Source: Lytechinus pictus (Eukaryota). Taken from it: 64,000 bases of DNA. Positions 10,693 through 23,592 of this stretch are shown piece after piece. Made by a program: the position numbers and the translations under genes. The notes under the pieces were generated by a model. The model searched no databases. It was not told the origin of the DNA and saw only the letters and a program-made list of their open reading frames with translations. Each line of letters starts with the position of its first letter. Position 1 is the first letter of the stretch. The stretch covers positions 10,170,001 to 10,234,000 of the forward strand of contig NC_087250.1 in assembly GCF_037042905.1 (NCBI RefSeq). Direction: 5' to 3'.

Positions 10693-13600
10693 CTATATGG
10701 GAGCAGTGTGTGCAAGCAAACGTGATTGGCGGGTTAAACGTGATGTCATCAGCTTATTAATCAATCTGATATTGAGACAATCAGCCATCTACTTTCCATG
10801 GCTGATGGCTACTGTTATAATATGTAAAAATAAATCAAACCTAAATTTAGCGCAGTGAGCATACATATATTCAATCTCTTTATGGTTTTTACATGTCTAT
10901 ACATACACTTCTATTACAATGTTTACAACTAAAACTACATTTTTTCTTAAATACAACAATAAATGTGGCATGGTGAAGCATGTCTATGATGCATTCCAAG
11001 TGTCATTTTGCTCAAGATCTTGCATGGTATTCCAGAAAAATCTTCAGAATTTATTTTAAGAAATGGATTGTCTGATTCTGTTGAAAAAAAAAATATTTTC
11101 AAATGCCTTGGCTTTCTACAAATTCTTTCACCAATTTGAAATACCATCGTGTTAACATACCTACATGTGATATACATGAAGACATACAATATATAACCAT
11201 ATATATCAGACAAATAATCAGTAATAGTATACACAATCCCCTTTGGGAGTACGATAATGGGGGCGGGGATTCTTGATAAGCTAAAAAGAAGCCATGCAAT
11301 TTGCGGATGCCTTGATATGAATACAAATCACAATAAAGAAACATTTAAAAAATATGATTTTCAAAAGATCAACCATGAAGAATGTTAACCCTTAATCAGA
11401 GGTAGTAATATATTCAGACCAAGATTTTTGCAGACATCACTGCCAAGGATTATATTTTTTCCCCTTTTTTGCACATACCATACCTTAGGGAAACCTCAGA
11501 CTTCGATCCGTTATTTGAGGCTCTCATTGAATGGCTTCTACATTCAATCATTGTGTGGATTATTGTTGATCAATACTGAAAAATCATACACATACATGTA
11601 CATCATTTGAAAGCTTAAGATGGGCTATTTCAAGCTCAATATAAATCTCAAAATTCATTTTGGCAGACTTAAGTTGGTTTTGGGGTGGTGGGTCACAATT
11701 GTGGTCAACACTAAACCTAATTAAATATATCCTACAAATTTGGCACAATTAAACTTTTTTTGTGATGTTGAAAACACATTCAACTGGTTGATTTGTTGAA
11801 AGTTTGAGACTATGTAAAATTCCATTTAACGTTTTATACAGAACCGTAGCTACATACATGTACACATTAACAATTGAGTTCCAAATTCATGCCTGTTTGT
11901 CCTGGCAATTTTTCCTCAATGTTTACCAAAGTCTACAAATGGCAAAACTAAACCCATTAAAGACCGAGCATCTGGGACCCATCATACAAAGATTTACGAT
12001 TGATCTGATCAACCTCAATTGTATGGAAATCCATCAATGTCATAATTTTTTTTACAGGATATTTGCAGGATGTCCTTTTGTTAACGAAGAGAAGCACACT
12101 GAATTTTCAATAAAAAAATGAATGTGTGAATAAACAGCATATCTAGAAAATATTTTGAACAAACATGCATTTTAGATGTTGACGTTGACATTGCTGGCTT
12201 TCCATAGTTGTGATTGATCAGATCAATCTCAACTCTTTGTAAGACGGGACCCTGCTTTCTGCTAGGGTTGTAGCATACCCAGCCAGTCTCAGAATGGTAT
12301 TCTTTCTCCATCCATAGAACAATGGAGCAAAGTGGTTGCTCTTGTTCAATCGTGAATACAACAAGAATCAATGCACAAATAGTTGAGTAAACTGACTGAT
12401 AACAAAAGTATTTCAAGAATTAGATTAAAATAAAATGGAATTCATGGATATGACTCTCACAGTACTAACAGATTTTGATTGCTCCAATCGAAATCATTTA
12501 TAGATAGTGCATTAACAAAATATTGCATGAAGCATTGGCTGGTACTGACAGGACAAGCAGGGCTATAATCTATACCATCACACTACTATTCATTTGCATT
12601 GCAACAGTTAATCATTCATATCATATATTACATTCCTGCACTTGTTCACCAACTATGTACAGATAACTACACATTTACATGTACATGCAAGCTATTAAAC
12701 ATCTAAACACACACTGCCTTTCGCCTGATTGTCAGCAAAACTGTTCAACTTTTCATGGCCTTGAAGGACAATATCTCTGGCATATTCAATGAGGTGCTTT
12801 TCATGTTCTAGCTCTGGAAAGACAGTTTTTCAGCAAGAACAGGCTCCAGGGTGGCCTTTCATAAAGCTGTTCATGAGTTAAGAGCAACTTTATGCACAAC
12901 TTTGTTCATAACTTTATTCACAACTGATGACATATCATGTGCTAAATAAGCTAGCCTAATTTTTGTAAAATTGGGAGTGAATTTCCTATATCAAATTTGG
13001 ACAAATCATTCATTTTGCATGTGGACATTTGTTAATGCAAGAATTCTATTTCATAAAGATCTAATTTGAACTTAAGCTGATTGGAATTAAAAAAAATGAT
13101 AGGCATGCAAGAATAAGTAATCAGTTGTAGGTAAAGTCCTACTTATGAACAGCTTATGAAACGGCTAGCAGGATACATATAATTACCAACTTCATTTCTA
13201 CAATATCAAACATACTACAGATTCAATGGCCTACAAGCCTATCACACCGGTGTTATATTGATATACCTATAGCTACAAAGGTAATGTGGTGCATTGTTAT
13301 ACCATATATAATATGGTTTTCCTATATCATATGTGATTATTGAGCATGTATACTGTACTCACTCTAACAGGACATAGGTAGTTTGAAGAGTGAAGTCTTA
13401 AAACTTTGCCAATGAAGTCTATGGGCATGCAAAAGGTTGGGTGTCTTTATAGGGCTAAAATAGTGTGTGATACTAAAATGTATATGTACATTGGTGTGTT
13501 CAAGCCACATATGGTTTAATAGGTATAAGGGATTTAGAACTGTGGGTTGTTTCTAACACATATCTAAATAGTAAGTCAAACAGTAAATTAGCTTTATATA

Positions 13601-14509
13601 TAAGGAATTGAAAATCAAGTGGTGACTGTGTGCGGTCAATAAAGCAAATACATGTACTACATAATGGGTGCATTACACAGTATAAGGTTAAGGTGGCAAT
13701 GGTTTTAAACTAATGCATAATCTGAGGCATAAGAATTTTAAATCTAAAGCTATTATGCTATGTAGTGTGTAATGTGGGGAGAGGTGGAAAAGGGACTTAA
13801 CATGTCCTATGCACCCAATGTGATATACTTTCATTCATTATCTTTACTCATTCTCCACTGTGATTTCAAAAAGAATAAAAAAAATAATAAGACAAATTTA
13901 AAAGTGTACGTATATTTAAAAAAATTATCAAAGGAAAATAACCTGTAAAATAGGACAAAAGTAATATAGTGTAGTCACGTGGGGTTTTCACAGTTTGGCA
14001 TCTGTGTGTTTGATATCATAATTTGCACTACAAACATACACACACATATTCATACACGACTATGTACAAAACAAACAACACAATCCACCATACACAACAG
14101 ACATTTCTGACCACTCACAAATCCCGATACAAGTATGTTACAACAGAATCAGCCAATCACAAATGGGCTTGCATTCACGTATCATTCTCTTTTTAATTGG
14201 TAGAGTGCAATGACTTTTCAACACAGACGCTTGTTCTGATCGCGAGTAGCCAATCAGCTGCCTGCTTTCATTGTTAATTACACTCAACATGGGTGCTTAT
14301 GTATGGAGCTCTGCCATTGGTGCACATCTGCTCATCTGCAAATCATAGTATTTTGTTAGTGTGCAATAAAGGGGGTAAAATAAAAAATTTACAAAATCAT
14401 AAATCAAATATAAAAAAAAAACATTTAAGTGCAACATGAATATACAAAGGAGGAAAAATTAATGGAATATTTTTAGATTATGATGAAGAGAAGAAAACAA
14501 TATGAAAAC

Positions 14510-14626
14510 CTCTTGTGGAATAGTGAATGAAGGAGCCTTATGTTGACTTGCTGGATCGTGAGCAGAGGGAGCCCTCTTTGGTGAAGAACCGTGGCCGTGA
14601 GGAAAATTGCGAGATATCCCTAAGGG
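14510..14626 (-). CDS. VCL: Putative alternative hinge exon H6, PLGISRNFPHGHGSSPKRAPSAHDPASQHKAPSFTIPQE, phase 0-0
   Basis: ttctttcctaacag acceptor, GAG|gttttc donor, 117 nt GC-rich island. Confidence 0.6.
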
Positions 14627-15778
14627 CTGTTAGGAAAGAATTTGTGAGTAAATGAAGAAAGGTGTTAATAGTCAAAGTCTTCACTCCTGTGTCGTCAGCA
14701 TGCTTGTGAATCAAATAAATCAAAATCAATGCAAATCATTTATCTTTCAAGCAAATTTAAAAAATGCAGAGTTCCATTCCTTACATACTCAAAATGTGTC
14801 CTGAAATCTTGACTCATCTCTCAATCTCTCCCCCTCCCTCCCTTCCCCCTCCCCTCCCTCCCTCCCCCCTCCCCTCCCTCCCTCCCCAAATCTCTCTCTC
14901 TCCTCTCTTATATTAACTGTGAACTCGTAATTTATCAAACAACCTGCTGCATCATTTCTATATTTTGATGTTTATCTCACACAGAGTTTTACTTATTTGC
15001 TGTGAATCCTTCATTTATCTTAAATCCTGATATTACAACATCACTGACAGATAAAACTCAAACCCATCTAAAAAAAATTAAACATCAATGTCAATTATCA
15101 TAAATATAGACAAACACATCCACACCCGAGTACAATCACATAGGCCCTCACATATTAACCCACACTCATATAGGATAAAAACGTTATGATACATGTAGCC
15201 ATGAGAACATAATAGGAATTTAAACAAAATATTGAGCTTTCTTCATATCTGTACACATTAAAAACTGTCCCATTAATAAATTTTAACAAAAAAAATTGGG
15301 AGAATATGAAAAAGATCTAATCTAAAAGAATTCTGTTTGAAACTGTAATTACTTCCCATGAAGCAAACCGAAAACCGCTCGATAACTTTTCATATTACCA
15401 TCAAACCCATATTCAACTCTTCTACCTTATTTCATGTATATGAATTAAACAAAAACCAAAGTCCAAAAAATTACATTTCAAGTAAATAAAAAAAATGGAA
15501 TGTTGTTTATGTACGTCCAATGAGTTTCTCATACCTTTTGGGCCCTTTTGGATAAAATTCCAGGATATAAATTCACACATGAAGGGCTCATATAAGCAAC
15601 AATATCCCATGTTTCACTCATTCTGACCAAGAGATGGATTGGGATCGTTCTTAAATTCATATACTTGAATATACTTGTATGGTCATATCGTGGGATTCAT
15701 GTCATAATTTCAAGTCACACTTCATCTCAGAATCAAAACCAATCAGTTAAAGCATTCAAAGAGTTAATCGACAGAGAC

Positions 15779-15853
15779 CTGGTAGTCTGCAGGTTCCGAG
15801 GTGGCCTTTGGGGGTGGGGGCGGGGGAGGGGGCGGCACGGACTGCTCACCATT
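15779..15853 (-). CDS. VCL: Putative alternative hinge exon H5, NGEQSVPPPPPPPPPKATSEPADYQ, phase 0-0
   Basis: gatttcttaacag acceptor, CAG|gtctct donor, 75 nt. The poly-Pro run uses mixed codons (CCG/CCC/CCT/CCA), so it is not a microsatellite. Confidence 0.66.
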
Positions 15854-16184
15854 CTGTTAAGAAATCAAGACAATCGTTATCAGCACTTCAATCTCAGATT
15901 ATCAGTAAGGGCACGTGACAAAAAAGGTGGCTGGTAGTCACACAGCAAAAACCTGTGGTGTTTACCGGCGTACAAAGAGGACCGCACCAGTTAATTTACA
16001 CTGGGTGTTAAATTGACAGTGTTAGTTTTACACCTATAGGTGTTATTATAAAAGCTTCGGTTGTTACATTTACACCTGTTGGTGTTCTGTTCAATCCCTA
16101 GGGTGTAATTTGAACACCTCAGGGTGTGGTCCTCTATTAACACCAACTGGTGTCAGTTTTAACACCACGGTTTTTACAGTGCAC

Positions 16185-16965
16185 TAACCCGTTGGAGACT
16201 ATATTTTGCTTTTACAAATGTTTACCATAGACTCCAGGCCGCATATATCGTCAGTGATTTAATGATCTGGATCAAACCTCGGCTGGTCTCCAAAACCTGA
16301 TTTCAAGATATTCGCATTCAAAGTTTGAATGTTTTTCAGACCATGATAATTTGTGCTTTGAAAGAACTGTATCAATTAATTATAGCAATTTAAGGCATAC
16401 AGTACATTCTACTCTTTTATAATATGCAAAATTTTGTCTGCAATTCACATTTATTCTCTATTTGAAATGAAGCGCATGTATACATTTCAAAAGCTGCTAA
16501 ATTTTACTCAAAACAGGGGGTTCGAGTCACTTCGTAAAATCCCGCATACCATGCGCACTATTTTTTAGCGGCACAAACCAGATCGTGAAATCATTCATTC
16601 CGTGTGCATGATTTTTTAGAGGCACAAACCCTGCGGAAACCACATACATGTACGTGCCGCATACACGCAGCATCTCGGTCGGGTCTTTGACCTTTGCGCG
16701 TCATTCCAGAGACTTTATATTACACAAAGTACATGTATGGTTTGAGCCATTTCGTAAAATCAAAGGAGGGGGTTGAGCCGTTTCGTAAGAAATTTCAATA
16801 TGCTCTTATTCTTCAAATAATACGAATTTTAATCTGAAATTTGGCAACTCAATAGGGTGAATCACAGGCTTTTAGAATATGCAAAAAAAATAATTTCGAA
16901 AATTACGTTTGAGCCAGTTCGCAAAATCACTGACAATATTCAGGCCTAGTCCTCAACAGGTTAAG
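16185..16965. mobile_element. Nested TIR elements (outer piggyBac-like; inner TCAGTGATTT TIR element ~16247-16940), adjacent to a CACAG/CACTG MITE at 15940-16182
   Basis: Pairs of inverted termini visible by eye. Confidence 0.55.
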
Positions 16966-17154
16966 CCCCTAGAAATTTTCAAACTGGTCCCAGGTGATGC
17001 CTATTAATATTGTTAAAAACAAATTAAATTAGGAAAGAAACAAGGAGAAAAATTTCTTCCTGTAGAAAAATTATGGTCTTTTTCCTCAATGAATGTTAAC
17101 GTGTGGGGGCCGGAATAACACTTGCCCACAAGATAATCCTAAACTAAAACTACC

Positions 17155-17564
17155 ATTTGTTAAACAAATTTTCAGCATTACTCCTATTTGCTTAAGATCG
17201 GTATGCTCGATCTGTAATGAAAATCATAAGTCAGAAAAAATTGGAACCAGTTGGATTCGAACCTGCCATCTACTGCTTTCCGGGCTCCGGCTTAACCACC
17301 AGGCTATTCTGGTTCACGGCTAAACCATGATGAACTGGAATTCAAATACCCTCGATCCTCTTCTTTCTGACTCATTAATATGCCGTGGACAATAGATAGT
17401 AAATAAAGAAGCTTAAGTTTAAGGTTAAGTCGCTGCCCGGAAAGCAATAGATGGCAGGTTCAAATCCCACTGGTTCCAATTTTTTCTGACTTATGATTTT
17501 CATTACAGATCGAGCATACCGATCTTAAACAAATAGGAGTAATGCCGAAAATTTGTTAACAAAT
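17155..17564. mobile_element. Foldback element with ~140-bp inverted arms, each containing a tRNA-like Pol III module
   Basis: Arms 17155-17295 and ~17425-17564 are near-perfect reverse complements; B boxes GGTTCGAATCC / GGTTCAAATCC followed by T6. Confidence 0.75.
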
Positions 17565-17946
17565 TATAATTTCCTCCTATGAAAGCCTCTTTATTTACTA
17601 ACACTATCATCGTAGAATCATCATTTGGCTGTAACAGAAATATTAACCTAATACTAAATGAAAACCTCATGCCACGAACAATTTGGGCAATGCCTCAACA
17701 AAGTTCCCAGACAAAATAAAGCACTTAAAATTTCCTTAAATTTCAAATTTTCAGGCTCTTTAATTGTAGCTGGGAATATATTGTTTCATCTAAACTTAAG
17801 ACAAATTATATGATTTGATTCTCATGTCTGTTTTGTCCTCTTTTCTTTTTATAAAGTCCCTTGGGTATTTTAGTTAAAATGTAATTGGCAACTCATCAAT
17901 CAGATGAATTATGATTATCACTTTGATGTCATTGCAATATACTGAC

Positions 17947-18210
17947 CTCCAGGTCAACAGGGGTCATGCTGAGGTCATAGAGGGGTGAAGAGGTCACGGC
18001 AGGGTCGTGCAGAGGCTGAGGGTTCAAGCTTATTGAGGAGCTCGAGACAAAGTTTGGTTGGTTAGAGGAAGGACCACTTGTGTTAGGGTCGGAAGTTAGT
18101 GTTGGGTCATAAGGAGAGGTCATATGAAGAGGATGACCTTGGGGTCGAAGGTCAGAGGTCACAGGGTTCAAAGGATGATAGGATTGATGAGAAGCATTTG
18201 GTAGAGAATC
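17947..18210 (-). CDS. VCL: Putative alternative hinge exon H4, DSLPNASHQSYHPLNPVTSDLRPQGHP...PLYDLSMTPVDLE, phase 0-0
   Basis: ttattgacag acceptor, GAG|gtcagt donor; 264 nt open frame rich in Pro/Ser/Thr. Confidence 0.7.
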
Positions 18211-18944
18211 CTGTCAATAAGAATGGATACAGATAAGAGTAGAGAAATGACAGAACTGCACTACACTGTACAAACCATTGGGTATTTCCATTTAATGTGT
18301 ATACATGTATGTCCCTTCCCCCTACTTGTGAAACCGTCCAGAAACTATCTCTCTCCCTCTGTTCAATTTCATAATATGTAAGGTGTATTCTATTTAATTT
18401 ATTTACTCATTTATTCATTCAAATATATTTTTATATTGAATAAAAGCAATCAGCACAGAGGCTGTTTTACATTGCAGACTTTAGTACTTTGAAGTGAAAC
18501 AAGAATCTTGATAACTTCATGGAATCGCACGCTATATGCATAGTAAGCAGAACAAAATGAAAGCATGAAAGGAAACTAATTCAAATAAAATTGAGGTCTT
18601 AGAATTAATTTTTTCTGTGAAATCTATCCACTAACAAATAATATTAAATAGAAGGGGTGTCATTTTGCATCAAAAATACAATGAAGATTTTTAAATGGCT
18701 TGAAACTTATAATCATTTTTTTTTTAGGGGGGGGTTGGGGATGATACAGAAATGATATTATTAATAACGAAAATAACAGAATTACAGGTGAAGTAGTATA
18801 CAGACAAACGACCCCTCCCCCCACACAATTTTTTTATGATTGAAAAGGTGGATTTGCCAGGGGGAAAAAGACAGAAAACAGCATTTTGCAAAGGACTGTG
18901 CAGCTAAATATCAAATAAATTGGTATAATTTGAACGAGGGTAAC

Positions 18945-19070
18945 CTCATTGTAAAAGGAAGTTGAAGGATGGGAGGAAGGCTGAGGATGATCAGTTAAAG
19001 GGTTGTCATGGTGATAGGGATGGCCATTCATGGATGACATGTAAGGTTGGTTGGAGTCAGCATATGAAGG
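18945..19070 (-). CDS. VCL: Putative alternative hinge exon H3, PSYADSNQPYMSSMNGHPYHHDNPLTDHPQPSSHPSTSFYNE, phase 0-0
   Basis: cctgtccccttacag acceptor, GAG|gttacc donor, 126 nt. Confidence 0.65.
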
Positions 19071-19753
19071 CTGTAAGGGGACAGGATCGAAATAAACCAG
19101 GTAAAAAACCAACTACTGTTAACACTGTCAAATGCATTATTATTTTTCGTTGGGTCATGAATTAGGAAGGAATGAAAATATAAAAAGCACTTTCAAATGC
19201 TTTTTTTCTCCTTTATTTGTATTATGAATTAAAAAGGATTGTACAAATTCTATAACGATGCAAACTCCATGCATTTATTTATCATTATATCCCCCCGCAA
19301 CTTTTTTTTTAAAGAAAGGGTATAAAAAAAATCAATGGTTAAATAGTTAGCCCACCAATATCATCTTGTATCTAAGATTTTTAAAGTCATATATCAGCTT
19401 GTACATCTGTCAATGTCCAATAACATTTTTTTTTTTTAATAGAATGTAAATTTCATACTTGCAAACAGTGTAGTTTACAGAATAGGGAAAAAGTGAAGAA
19501 AAAATGAAACATGCCTTTATAGATAAGACAAACTATAATTTTTTAACAAATTCTTGATCATTATTGGTGAAACAGGTTTTTTCCCAAATAAGATGTTGAC
19601 TCTTTCTATTCATTACAGACACTTACATGTAGCAGATAAAAATATATGACATTGTTTAGGCCTAACCACATGTGTACCTTGTGACATGAATGGAATTATG
19701 TTACAACATGAATATTCAATATATTAATGAATATTCAATAGATAATAATGAAC

Positions 19754-19873
19754 CTGGTAAGAGGGTGTGGCTTGGTTGGCGTAGGCGGAGCTTGGAGGTG
19801 GAGGGGGCACGGCTGGTGCACTCTCTGTTGCGTAGCCGGACGATGCTTGGATTGGATCAAAGGACGGCCCTCT
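19754..19873 (-). CDS. VCL: Putative alternative hinge exon H2, RGPSFDPIQASSGYATESAPAVPPPPPSSAYANQATPSYQ, phase 0-0
   Basis: GC-rich island; tttctatccatag acceptor, CAG|gttcat donor, 120 nt. Confidence 0.68.
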
Positions 19874-21784
19874 CTATGGATAGAAACCGCCCAATCAATA
19901 GATCATGAATATGCATGCCTAAAACTAAAACTTAAAATTTGTATTTCTACAAAATACACATTTACACATCAGCATAGGGAGTCCCTTTATTGTGTCTATA
20001 GGTTCAAAGTACATTTACCAATGTTCATTAGGTTCAATTACTTGAAAATTCTAATTTAATTTTGAACTTTGGGTTCTAAGGAATGGATTCGATTTAGATA
20101 TAATTTCAGGAATAGATTGAAATACAATTCTTCTAGTTTTACAAATTAAATGGATAAAAATGATGCTGCCTAGAAATAATAAATTACTACCAATAGTATT
20201 CATTTGTAAATTGTCTTTTATAAAGTGCAATAAATGAATTGAAATGCGTTGAATTGAATTATTCTGATGATTAATAAAATTCTTTATCCATCTTTAAAAA
20301 TAAATACATAAAGACTTTTTGATTATGAAATTACATTATCACTATTCCACATCCATTTGAGGTTTGTACTTAGGAAAAGAATAAAAAATGTCTGAATAGG
20401 TACAGATATGAAATTTAAATCCTACTTTTTTACTATAGAATATTAATTTATCAAATTAAATAAAAGATATATGCCTAACACAAGAAGATAAATTCTTCAG
20501 TAAAAATGACATGTACTTCCATGCAGACAGGTGCAAAACATGTACAATGCAATTACAGATTACACATGGTCTTATGGACATCATAATAGTGTGCTGTATA
20601 CACAGTGCATCTGTTTGAATTATTACCTGGAGGGAGACTTTTGTGTACTCTATACCATGTAGTACTACTTATATTTCAAAAGTTTGAAAATGATGAGTAA
20701 TAATTTGCAATCATTTTATGCTGTAATAATTTGTGGAACAGTACTTTCATAACCCGGGTTATCATTTTTACACTAAAACAATTTGGTAATTTCAGCATAA
20801 CTTCATGCAATATACAAGTGTGTTTCTTTTTGTTTTTCTTGTTTCAAATAAAAACTTGTTGGGCAGAAGATAATGATTATTCCCTATCAAGATAAAAGAA
20901 AACCAAGTTTTTCATGCAAAAATCATTGATTTTATTTATATCTTGCTAGCAATAGGCATTGGTATTTATCCACTTAAAATACAAATCATGTAACTCTACA
21001 AGGCACACCTCCTTATAATAATTTAAAAAAAATTATCCTCTTATATTCTTGCAGTTTCATATAAACTAGGATTACTTTAGAGGGAGAATACATGTACATC
21101 CATGGTATGTAATTAGCCCCAAAATTTAAAGAACTGCCTAATTTTCATGCAATCTTGATTGATTTCATTTCAATCTTGTCAGCAATTGGCATTGGAACTG
21201 ATCCAAATAAAACAAACAATTATTTACAATAGATTCCTCAGAGAAAACAACACACAAACATTCTCATTTCTTACATGTACTTAGTATGCACAGTTTACAC
21301 ACACAATCAAAATACACAAATGTAATCAATAAGACACAGTCTTCATAAAAAGATACACACAATAGTCGTACATATATACATTCTCACTTAGTATACACAC
21401 ACACACATACACACAACATAGAGCAAGCTTGAACATGTATCAGCCACTAACCATTTCACACACTTACGATAATCACTTTTCAATCCCAGGTCAAACATCA
21501 CATGCCTAACCCTTCATTCCATTCTATTATCATTTTACATCAGGAATTTTATTAAGATTTTAGGTTGCATATTACAGTATGATTGTCGGTATTTAAGGAT
21601 GCATATCCCACGGTCAAAATTTCATGCAATGATATTGAAGGCCATTGCCTTGGATGCCTTATTCATTAGCCTCAAAGTCCCTTTCATGGGCCTACAGAAA
21701 TGTTGTGTGCCTTTTGTTTTCCTCAATTGTACTGTAATATGGGGAAAATCCAGTGGCCTTCCCAAAAAGATGTAATGATCTTGT

Positions 21785-22105
21785 AATTTATAATGCGCTT
21801 AAGACATGCACTGTAAGTATTGAAGCACTGAGAATTTATTGTTACCCCAGTCGTCGGACTCATTCAGACATGATTGCACACAATGTATGCACATCCTCCC
21901 CTCCCTGGGGAGGATTCCAGCCAGTCGCCATTGAGGCGCACAGAGTATGCAACAATGACTTTCACATCCTACCGGGTTCCCATTTAGCACCTGGGTGGAG
22001 AGTGGCAAAGGGTGGATTAACGCCTTGCCAAAGGATGCTAGGCCATGGTGGGATTCGAGCACACGACCCTCTGATTACAAGGCGAGATTCGGAACCACTA
22101 CATGA
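21785..22105 (-). mobile_element. tRNA-derived SINE with conserved-domain-like centre and L2-like tail
   Basis: Degenerate head (GTAGTGG...GCTCGAATCCC), central CCTTTGGCAAG...CCACCCAGGTGCTAAATGGG, tail TTAAGCGCATTATAAAT similar to the LINE 3' end at 5010-5070. Confidence 0.7.
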
Positions 22106-23592
22106 AGACTCTTCAATGTAAGACCCATTACTATGGCAAACAAAGGCAATCCCCCTCACATTCATGTACACACATTTGAAAGCTGAGCATTCACTTTACA
22201 ATTCCCCTTTTTAAAATTTCTCTCAACAGAAGGTCTTCACTGTTTATCTTCTTTAATCACAAATATCTCTTATCATTCCCAACCCCCCCCCCCCTCCTTA
22301 AAAAAAATAATTTGCTATTGGGTGCAATCAGGATATGAGTGTTTCACAAAGCAACTTGCTCATGATTTTCACTGGCAATTCACTCTCAGCCAATCATATT
22401 CAAGCATTTGTGTAGCTTGAAACAGCTGTCAGTGAAAATCACAGGGAAAGAGCTTTGTGATATGGGCCCCTGATGTGGAGGTATATTATATGCAATCTAA
22501 TTGAATATCATGAAACTGTCAGGGGGTGGGGTTCTACATACTCATTTACATGCTGTTAGCTGATTGGTTGCTCCACTCCACTGTGCTTATGAATATTCAT
22601 CAGGTCATCAACCATGCTGTGGGCAAGAGATATATACATGGATCTAAAATGTTAGATAAACACAGCTGCCAACCATTAGAAGTGTACTGTTAACAAATGC
22701 CTAATGCCAGATTGAAAAACACAATCATAACATTTAAAGCATCATGGTCCGTTTTCTGAACTCGGGTTTTATGCAAACTCTGGTCTTCATGAAGTTGCGG
22801 TCTATCTATTGATAGCCAATTGTCACAAAGATATTGAATAGTACATGCTTGACTTAACGGCTTATTTTTCACTCAGATCATTAATACACATAACTCTCTG
22901 GGAATTCTGGGAATTTTAACAGTTTTCTTTTTGCGATCATATCAAGAGCACAGAAAACAAAAGAAACATACAATGTGAACAAAATTTGAGCATTTTTTAC
23001 TGCCTACAATTTTAGTGCAGAGTTTAATAGACAAGATTCTAAGCAGACTTCAGAATACAGGCCAAAATGTGTATATTCCGTGCATACAAATTCTGCATTC
23101 TTGAAGCTGATTACTTTCAATGCACTCTCAATTATTCGAAGCTGTGAGGAATACGTCATGAACAGCTTTCAAATGAATATTAAAAAACATGTGAAATTTT
23201 CTGCAATGGTTGGCAACTTTTGAGGAAGGAAAAGTACAGTGACCTGCAAATTAGTACGCTATATGCATGGCAGGAGAAAAGATTAGATTGATAAATGTAC
23301 ATAAATTGGCATATGATTAATAAATTCTTTACATAAATCATGTGTTTTTACTCACATTAAGAGCATTCTACATGTACATGTATATGAATCACACAAAACA
23401 AGTACATACATGTACACAAAACTGGACAAAAATCGGTCTTCACACATTTACTCATGCTACAAAAAATAAGCTTGTTTTGATTCTTTGGTTAGCTTGCTAC
23501 ACTTTTCGTGAATGATTAATGAGGGAGGAAGTTAAATGGGGACTCATTTGCATATCGCTTTGCATATGATCTGCGTGAATTAGGTCAACAAC

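Noticed and set aside
19260..21630. Several minus-strand TGCATG (Rbfox) motifs around H2
   Set aside because: CATGCA/TGCATG is common throughout this AT-rich window; enrichment cannot be shown by eye.
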